Below are positions 16,901 to 23,293 of a DNA stretch of 23,293 nucleotides, piece after piece. This stretch comes from an uncultured archaeon. Lineage in GTDB: Archaea > Asgardarchaeota > Lokiarchaeia > Sigyniarchaeales > SOKP01. Each line of letters starts with the position of its first letter. The first letter of the stretch is position 1. Under the pieces are notes generated by a model, which searched no databases, was not told the DNA's origin, and saw only the letters and a list, made by a program, of their open reading frames with translations. The position numbers and the translations under genes are program-made. The stretch spans positions 1 to 23,293 of the forward strand of contig CAYLZE010000080.1 of the NCBI GenBank assembly GCA_964388035.1, written 5' to 3'.

Positions 16901-18967
16901 TTAATTGATAGAAAGAGTTAAATCAAGTGAATCAATAATATCTTCAAATCTTTGAAATGGGGTAATGTTTCCTTGGAAATTTATAATATAATCATGGAAT
17001 TCTTTCCAAAATCGCTTGTAGATTGCTTTTAATATCTTTTTAGTGATTTCAATGGAGGTTTTTGAACTAATTCGTCCTAAAATAAAGAAATTTTTATTCT
17101 CTTCTTGAAATAGCGTATAGGAATCATTTCCAATAGTAATTGAATCTAATTCTCTTTGGGCGATTTCTACACTTATATTTTTTAGGGCGGTAATAAATCC
17201 ACCAAGTAAATCTTGATCCATTTCTGTTTCAGGGGCATACGAGAACAATTTCACCCCCGATATTGTTGAAAATATCCAAATTTCTTTGATATATCCAAGG
17301 GGATGCAGTTTATTAGGTTTTTGAATCTCGCTCTCATGAATGCGTTCTGATACCAATTTTACTCTATCGGAATAATAAGGTATTTTATCATATTGTTTGA
17401 GCGTGGTAAGTATGGATAAAATTTGATTTAAAATCACTAATTCTTCATGTACAGGAATATCAAATTTACTAAGAATATCTTCAGCTATTATTAAATTCCC
17501 CATTCCTTCTTGGAAATTATATAAAAAAATGAGAGAATGTGCTAGATCATGGTATAAAGATGCGATAGAAAATGAATCAATGAATCCAAATCGTTCCAAA
17601 TCATGTAAAATGTCTCCAATAAACATCGCTCTTTTTTCATGTAATTTTAATTTTTTAAAAAGTTGGATTACTTTTTTGGATACACCAAGTTGATTGAAGG
17701 GAATATTTTTAGCATGAATAATCTCTAAAGTTTTCATGTAATAATCCAGCGCGGTGTTTTCATTCTCAACAATTTCATAAAGATTTCCTATTGTAAGCAG
17801 AACGTGGATTAAAGTGGAATAATCTTCTAATTCTTCTAATATTTTTTCAGAATTTATATAAAAGTTTAATGCATCGGTCAAATAATTCTGATACTCTCCC
17901 ATTCGAATATAACCCAATTCATTAATCTTAGCAGCATGTAATCTAAATAGTACATTTCCCATTTCATAATAGACTTGTGAAAGTTGCTTTTTTTGTTTTC
18001 CGTTTCGCTGAAGTTCGAGTAATTTTTCAAGAGCATTATTAAACATATCAAATGCTTCATTGAACTTATTTGAATGTACCAAGCTTTTTCCAAATACAGT
18101 ATAAAATTGAATTAAGTTTATCTTTTTTGGATTTATTTTCTTGAGGTTATTAAATAATCGATTTGCAGATATAAAATCCTCAAGTTTATATGCAGCAAAT
18201 GCCTCCATGAATAAACTTGCTTCGTAATATTTTTTATCCTGTATTCTTTCGTATATTCCATTTAATTGATTAAAATAGTGTTTTGCTTTTGCGTAATTTT
18301 TCTTTTTAACAAGTAAATTCCCCATTAGATACAAGACTTCCGCCATTAAATTCAAATGTTGTTCTTTTTCAAATTTTAAAAGGACTTTCTTAAAAATACT
18401 GTATGCTTCTTCATCATTATTTTGCTTATATAATGTGATTCCTGCTTGAAAATCTTCCATTGCTGCTGAATAAGAATATGTATCACTTATTTTAACATCT
18501 GCGTCTTTAGGAATAATTTTCAAACTTAGGATTTTTTTAAACTCTTCATAGTAGTTTTCAAGAGAAACCGTTTTGTATTTTAGAAAGTTTTGAGATACTT
18601 TTAATAGGATCTCATTAAAAAATTTCAATTCTTCATCCTCAAAATAATCAGGAGCAAGAAGAACAATGAAATATGGTTGAAATCCCCCTCTAATATGTTC
18701 ATTTAGAATAGAATTAAAGATAACATTCGCTTTTCTGTTCAATTTAAATATTGGAACAATTATCTCCGCTTTATGATAAGGAATATCGGGATTCTGATAA
18801 AAAAACTCATATAATTGGAAGATATAAATAGATAATTCTTCTAAATTACCTAGATTAAAATGAGGATATACATCAATTACTTTTGGACCCAATAAATCAT
18901 CCCAGATAGCCATGAATGTGTAGAGTTCTCGTGTTTCATTATTTTTTGAAGATAGAATGTCCTTCAT
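16901..18967 (-). CDS. uDENN/longin - TPR - longin protein (paralog A, Arg-containing)
   Basis: N-terminal FMAIWDDLLGPKVIDVYP...IRGGFQPYFIVLL; central TPRs (AEVLYLMGNL, SQVYYEMGNV, LLTIGNLY, ASLYHDLA); C-terminal longin IKEIWIF...SGVKLFSY...DQDLLGGFITAL...FQGNITPFQRF. Confidence 0.8.
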   Translation of the reverse strand: MKDILSSKNNETRELYTFMAIWDDLLGPKVIDVYPHFNLGNLEELSIYIFQLYEFFYQNPDIPYHKAEIIVPIFKLNRKANVIFNSILNEHIRGGFQPYFIVLLAPDYFEDEELKFFNEILLKVSQNFLKYKTVSLENYYEEFKKILSLKIIPKDADVKISDTYSYSAAMEDFQAGITLYKQNNDEEAYSIFKKVLLKFEKEQHLNLMAEVLYLMGNLLVKKKNYAKAKHYFNQLNGIYERIQDKKYYEASLFMEAFAAYKLEDFISANRLFNNLKKINPKKINLIQFYTVFGKSLVHSNKFNEAFDMFNNALEKLLELQRNGKQKKQLSQVYYEMGNVLFRLHAAKINELGYIRMGEYQNYLTDALNFYINSEKILEELEDYSTLIHVLLTIGNLYEIVENENTALDYYMKTLEIIHAKNIPFNQLGVSKKVIQLFKKLKLHEKRAMFIGDILHDLERFGFIDSFSIASLYHDLAHSLIFLYNFQEGMGNLIIAEDILSKFDIPVHEELVILNQILSILTTLKQYDKIPYYSDRVKLVSERIHESEIQKPNKLHPLGYIKEIWIFSTISGVKLFSYAPETEMDQDLLGGFITALKNISVEIAQRELDSITIGNDSYTLFQEENKNFFILGRISSKTSIEITKKILKAIYKRFWKEFHDYIINFQGNITPFQRFEDIIDSLDLTLSIN

Positions 18968-19008
18968 TAATTTTTTCCCTTTTTTTATATTTTCTGCTTA
19001 ATTAATTT

Positions 19009-21054
19009 TCATCCACTTTCGTAATCCAAGTGACTATATTTCAATCCCTGTAATATTTTTTCAAAATCAGAGAAAATTGAATTATCATCTTTAAAATTTT
19101 GAATGATATTAGCAAAATTCATCCAAAAGGCATTGTATATTATTTTGAATACTTTTTCAATAAATTTCACCGAGAAATTTGTGCTTGACCTTCCCACGAT
19201 AAAAAAGGGAGAATCTCCCTTATACAAGGTATATTTATCGAATCCTATATTAATGGATTTTAGACTTTCTGATGTCAATTCAATGCTGAAATTCAGTATT
19301 GCGTTTATAAATCCTGCAAAAAGTTCGGGATTTAAATCGAAGCCAGGCGCATGAGTGAATAGGAGCATGCCTGTTTCATTAAATATCCAAATTTCTTCAA
19401 ATATGAACAACACGTTATATTTTTCTTCTTTCTCTGCTTGTATCTTTTCAAATTTTTGATTTGCAAGGGTCAACCGTCCTTCATAGTAGGAAATGTATTT
19501 TTGTTGATGGGAGGATTTATAAATATCTAAAATATACTTTAAGACTATCGCTTCTCGTTCAACTGGTACTAAGAATTTATCATAAATATTTAAGGCTATT
19601 AAAAATTCAGATAATGCTTCTTTTTGACGATCTAATTGATAAAATGCCTTTCCAAGCTTGAAATGATATCCCGCAACAGTATTAAGATCCAAAAATGCAT
19701 AAGGTTTAATCTTTGAGAGCGCCTTATCAATTTCTTTTAGAATCCTTTCATGATCATTTAACTTTTCTAAATTTTGGATAACGAGATTAAATATTTGCAA
19801 TCTATTAAAAATATCGTTGGAAATTTCTGCAAATTCAATAGCTTTTTTATATTTTTTAGTCGATTCTTCAATATCGTTCTGTAAACTTAAAATATCTCCG
19901 ATGATCTTATTTGTCTGAATTAAGCCCGGATAAAACTTTAATTGCTCCCAATGATCTAAAGATAAATTGTAATATCTCAACGCATCATTTAAGTACTCTT
20001 GATATCCCATCTGAGCTGACTTTGTTTTTTGGAACATACTGAATGCGAGACTATAATATACATTCCCTAATTCAAAAAGCAATCTTGCTCTTTTTTTCTC
20101 AATATTTTGTGAACTTTTTTTGCCTTGCGAAATGATTAATGCTTCTTCTAACAAATTCTTAGCTTCTGAAATCTTTCCCAGTTGTTTTAATGTTCTTCCT
20201 AAGAGATAATATAATGTAAACTTATCGATAAAGCTGAGCTTTTTTTCCTTCAATTCATTGAATTTTTCTAAAGCTAAGGAATATTCTTTCATTTTAAAAT
20301 ACGTAAAACCGCGCATGTAGAGAGAAATTTCTTGATATTTCAAGTGCTTATATTTAACGGAAAGATCCGTTAAAGCTTCATAATAGGGAAGGGATGCTTC
20401 GAATTGGTTTAAATTTGTTAAAGTTGATGCCAAAAAGTAGGTGGCTTCTAAGACTAATTTAATTTCATTTAATAAAGCAAACTTTTGATGGGCTTTTCTA
20501 AGTAATAAATAACATTCTTCGTAATTCTTCTTAGAAAAGAATTCTATTGCGGTTTTAAAATCCATTAATGCATTCTCATATGTATAAGACCTCTCTATTT
20601 TTATTTCAGAATCTTGAATTTTTTGATTACGAGAAAATATCTGTGTAATTTGCTCAAAATATTCATTTAATTCAGTATATTTTATTCTCTCTTGATTCTT
20701 GTAAATCTCATTCAAAATTGAATCAAATTTACTTAAATTTTCTTCAGAAAAATAATTAGGGAATAAAAGAGCAACCATGAGTAAGGATTCCTTCTGCCCA
20801 TGATGATTATGATTTGACCTTTTATCTATCAAAATTCTCGCATTCCGCCCTATATTATTAAGGGGTAAGGTAAATAACGCTTGCTCAATTCCCTTTTTCT
20901 GTTCTGAATAATATAGATTATAAAAAGTGAGAAAAATTTTCATGGATATAATATTCAAATCAAAACTTACCCCAATAGGATAATATTGGATGATATGGGA
21001 ACCGGAGTCCATAGTCCATTCGGCAACGAATAAACACGGAGGAATGCTTGACAT
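19009..21054 (-). CDS. uDENN/longin - TPR - longin protein (paralog B)
   Basis: Colinear with paralog A: LFVAEWTMDSGSHIIQYYP, SYTYENALMDF (A: TYSYSAAMEDF), TPRs, and a C-terminal longin FEEIWIFNETGMLLF...ELFAGFINAILNFS. Confidence 0.8.
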   Translation of the reverse strand: MSSIPPCLFVAEWTMDSGSHIIQYYPIGVSFDLNIISMKIFLTFYNLYYSEQKKGIEQALFTLPLNNIGRNARILIDKRSNHNHHGQKESLLMVALLFPNYFSEENLSKFDSILNEIYKNQERIKYTELNEYFEQITQIFSRNQKIQDSEIKIERSYTYENALMDFKTAIEFFSKKNYEECYLLLRKAHQKFALLNEIKLVLEATYFLASTLTNLNQFEASLPYYEALTDLSVKYKHLKYQEISLYMRGFTYFKMKEYSLALEKFNELKEKKLSFIDKFTLYYLLGRTLKQLGKISEAKNLLEEALIISQGKKSSQNIEKKRARLLFELGNVYYSLAFSMFQKTKSAQMGYQEYLNDALRYYNLSLDHWEQLKFYPGLIQTNKIIGDILSLQNDIEESTKKYKKAIEFAEISNDIFNRLQIFNLVIQNLEKLNDHERILKEIDKALSKIKPYAFLDLNTVAGYHFKLGKAFYQLDRQKEALSEFLIALNIYDKFLVPVEREAIVLKYILDIYKSSHQQKYISYYEGRLTLANQKFEKIQAEKEEKYNVLFIFEEIWIFNETGMLLFTHAPGFDLNPELFAGFINAILNFSIELTSESLKSINIGFDKYTLYKGDSPFFIVGRSSTNFSVKFIEKVFKIIYNAFWMNFANIIQNFKDDNSIFSDFEKILQGLKYSHLDYESG

Positions 21055-21180
21055 GGTTAAGATATATTTATAATATACTAATATAATTTCAATTTATCAC
21101 TTTTACAAAAAAATGGACTCCAATTATATTTTATAATATCCTTCAATTTAAAAAATATAAATAAAATTCGGTTTTTATAA

Positions 21181-22209
21181 ATGTCAGATGCTACAATAGT
21201 TCGCTTTAAAAATGTTACTAAAAATTACCACGATTTAACCGCGGTAGAAAATTTAAATTTAGAAATCAATGAGGGAGAGATATTAGGGTTTGTTGGACCT
21301 AATGGTGCAGGAAAAACAACCACGATGAAGATGTTAGGACGATTGGTTAAACCTTCAGCAGGAATTATCGAGATTAATATCGGAAACGGTAAATTTGTGA
21401 ATATTGATGATTATCCCATGGAATTATATAAACATTTTGGATTTTTACTCGATATTCCGGCTTTTTATGGCTATGCAACCCCAAGAGACATCCTCAAGTA
21501 CTATTGTAAACTTTTAGGAGTACCTAAAAATGAAATTGAAGCGAAGATTGATCTTTCGCTTGATATCGTGGATTTAACAGAATGGAAAAATAAAAAAATC
21601 GGAGAATTTTCAAAGGGAATGGTACAAAAATTGGGATTGGCGCAAGCAATAGTCCATGACCCGATAATTACCGTATTAGATGAACCTCAGACGGGTTTAG
21701 ATCCTGCTGCACGAGTTCAAGTGAGGAACATTATGAAAAAAATAAAGAATCTGGGAAAAACTATTTTTCTTTCGTCTCACATGCTTTACGAAATTTCTGA
21801 AATCTGTGATCGAATCGCAATAATTAACCGAGGGGAATTAATAGCTGTTGATAAATTGGTTAATTTAGAGCAAAGAATGACCAAAAAAGAAATTGTTGTT
21901 GAGTTATTGAGTTCACCTTCATCCTCATCAATTCCAGATTTAACTCAACAAATTGCGAAGAGAATCGAGAATTATACTGAAAATGATGGGAAAATTCCTG
22001 TTATTTATGATGAAACTGTGCCTGGTTTCCATATTTTTTATGATGGAAAACCAACTTCAAGAAAGGAAATACATGATATATTATCTTCAGAAATACATTT
22101 ACCCATTATAGGATTCAGCAAAATACGTTCTTCTCGCTTAGAGGATCTTTACATGGATTTAGTTGAACATAATAATCAAAAAGGAAAAAAAATGGAGAGT
22201 GGTAAATAA
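21181..22209 (+). CDS. ABC-2 type (multidrug/export) transporter ATP-binding protein
   Basis: Walker A GPNGAGKTT, signature FSKGM, Walker B VLDEP, H-loop SSH, C-terminal LEDLY. Confidence 0.95.
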   Translation: MSDATIVRFKNVTKNYHDLTAVENLNLEINEGEILGFVGPNGAGKTTTMKMLGRLVKPSAGIIEINIGNGKFVNIDDYPMELYKHFGFLLDIPAFYGYATPRDILKYYCKLLGVPKNEIEAKIDLSLDIVDLTEWKNKKIGEFSKGMVQKLGLAQAIVHDPIITVLDEPQTGLDPAARVQVRNIMKKIKNLGKTIFLSSHMLYEISEICDRIAIINRGELIAVDKLVNLEQRMTKKEIVVELLSSPSSSSIPDLTQQIAKRIENYTENDGKIPVIYDETVPGFHIFYDGKPTSRKEIHDILSSEIHLPIIGFSKIRSSRLEDLYMDLVEHNNQKGKKMESGK

Positions 22210-22212
22210 AAA

Positions 22213-22983
22213 ATGGAATCCTCAAAAACTACGAAGAAAAGCAGTCTAAATCTTAATCAAATAATAGATATATGGAGATTTGAAACTTTTTTATATAAAA
22301 AGAGGCATTTGGTTCTCATTCTCATTTCTGCAGTCCTTTATAATATTATTGCAATAGTTTTACTATTCAATTTACCCACATTACCCCGAGAATTTGCAGG
22401 TGCCACTTTAAGTCAAATTGGATCGTTTTTAATCTTTTTAACTCTATTTTTCGCTGGCGGAATCCTTGCCGATGAATTTGATAAACGAACCGCTTTGACT
22501 AACTTTACAAAAACGGGAAGGGATAATTTCTTTCTTGGAAAAACATTAGCAGCATACACGTGCGTATTGTCTTGGACAGCAATACCGGTGTTAGAAACAA
22601 TGATTTTCACGTTAATTCTTTATGTTCAAATCCCAATAGAATTGTTCATCTGGTTTGGGTATTATTGCATCGTTGGATTCATGTATGTTTCGCTCTATTT
22701 GTTATTCAGTGCCATTTTCAGCTCGGGTTCTAAAGCTATGACTTTCGGATTCGTCGCTTTCATTGTTCTTGCTTCCGCTTTTGGAATTTGCGGAGCCTTT
22801 TTTAACATGTGGCAGTATTTTCCAATATATGCGGAAGTGGTTGGGCAATCTATTTTTTCAGGCATAACCACCGATTCAGGAGGCATCCCAATATCGATTG
22901 GAGGTGCTATAATAATGCTGCTTTCTTACATAATCCCCTGCTACGTGCTTGCTTATTTGAGATTTAAAACAAAGGATGTTTAA
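22213..22983 (+). CDS. ABC-2 type transporter permease
   Basis: About 6 TM segments; GILADEFDKRT...RDNFFLGK motif; C-terminal RFKTKDV; starts 3 nt after the ATPase stop. Confidence 0.92.
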   Translation: MESSKTTKKSSLNLNQIIDIWRFETFLYKKRHLVLILISAVLYNIIAIVLLFNLPTLPREFAGATLSQIGSFLIFLTLFFAGGILADEFDKRTALTNFTKTGRDNFFLGKTLAAYTCVLSWTAIPVLETMIFTLILYVQIPIELFIWFGYYCIVGFMYVSLYLLFSAIFSSGSKAMTFGFVAFIVLASAFGICGAFFNMWQYFPIYAEVVGQSIFSGITTDSGGIPISIGGAIIMLLSYIIPCYVLAYLRFKTKDV

Positions 22984-22991
22984 GCTATTCC

Positions 22992-23000
22992 TTTTTTTTT
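22992..23000 (+). terminator. Oligo-T terminator
   Basis: T9 run 9 nt after the permease stop. Confidence 0.45.
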
Positions 23001-23165
23001 AATCATTCAATGAAAAATAACAATTTAATTATAAAATGTGCTCTATTAATGAAAAAATTATTATTTTTATTGATTTTCTCATAATTAGTCAATATACCGT
23101 ACTTCTTATTAATCCCATAAAAGGATAACAAAAATTTATAAATACAAACTAGATTAATTATATGT

Positions 23166-23216
23166 GTTAATTGAAAACATTCAACGATACTTTTTTGCTT
23201 ATTGTGTTCAATTAAC
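23166..23216. repeat. 14-bp inverted repeat (1 mismatch) with a 23-bp spacer
   Basis: GTTAATTGAAAACA (23166-23179) versus TGTGTTCAATTAAC (23203-23216; reverse complement GTTAATTGAACACA). Confidence 0.5.
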
Positions 23217-23293
23217 GATTATTGCTTTTTTCGCAATAATTTTTTTTAAATTAATTTTTAAAAAAAACCTTACATTTTTACGCATTACTTTAG

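Noticed and set aside
9225-22886. The remaining short ORFs (9225, 9462, 10559, 10935, 11777, 12654, 13542, 14083, 14494, 16186, 16359, 16665, 17878, 19103, 19461, 22413, 22695)
   Set aside because: They overlap confident CDSs antisense or out of frame and have no recognisable motifs.

Overview
AT-rich (roughly 30% GC by eye), gene-dense prokaryotic chromosome segment. GGTGA-type ribosome-binding sites, TATA-like promoters, oligo-T terminators and several eukaryotic-signature proteins (longin domains, TPR-longin fusions, 23-aa LRR proteins) point to an Asgard archaeon, most likely Lokiarchaeia (inference). Contents, left to right: a truncated HD-domain gene; a four-gene minus-strand operon (degenerate AAA+ protein, SMC5/6-like SMC, ScpA-type kleisin, KITE); a YdjM-like membrane hydrolase; a stand-alone longin plus a 7-TM protein; a VTC-like and a CYTH-like triphosphate-tunnel pair; two LRR proteins; a NUDIX; an HD hydrolase; an ArdC-like protein; two paralogous longin-TPR-longin proteins; and an ABC-2 exporter. 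Best candidates for undescribed systems: (1) the longin-TPR-longin pair, where one paralog keeps an FLCN/SMCR8-like arginine-finger motif and the other has lost it, suggesting a heterodimeric small-GTPase GAP; (2) the SMC5/6-like operon led by an apparently catalytically dead AAA+ protein; (3) the VTC+CYTH tandem. No rRNA, tRNA, CRISPR array or transposase was recognised. All family assignments come from motif recognition by eye; no searches were run.
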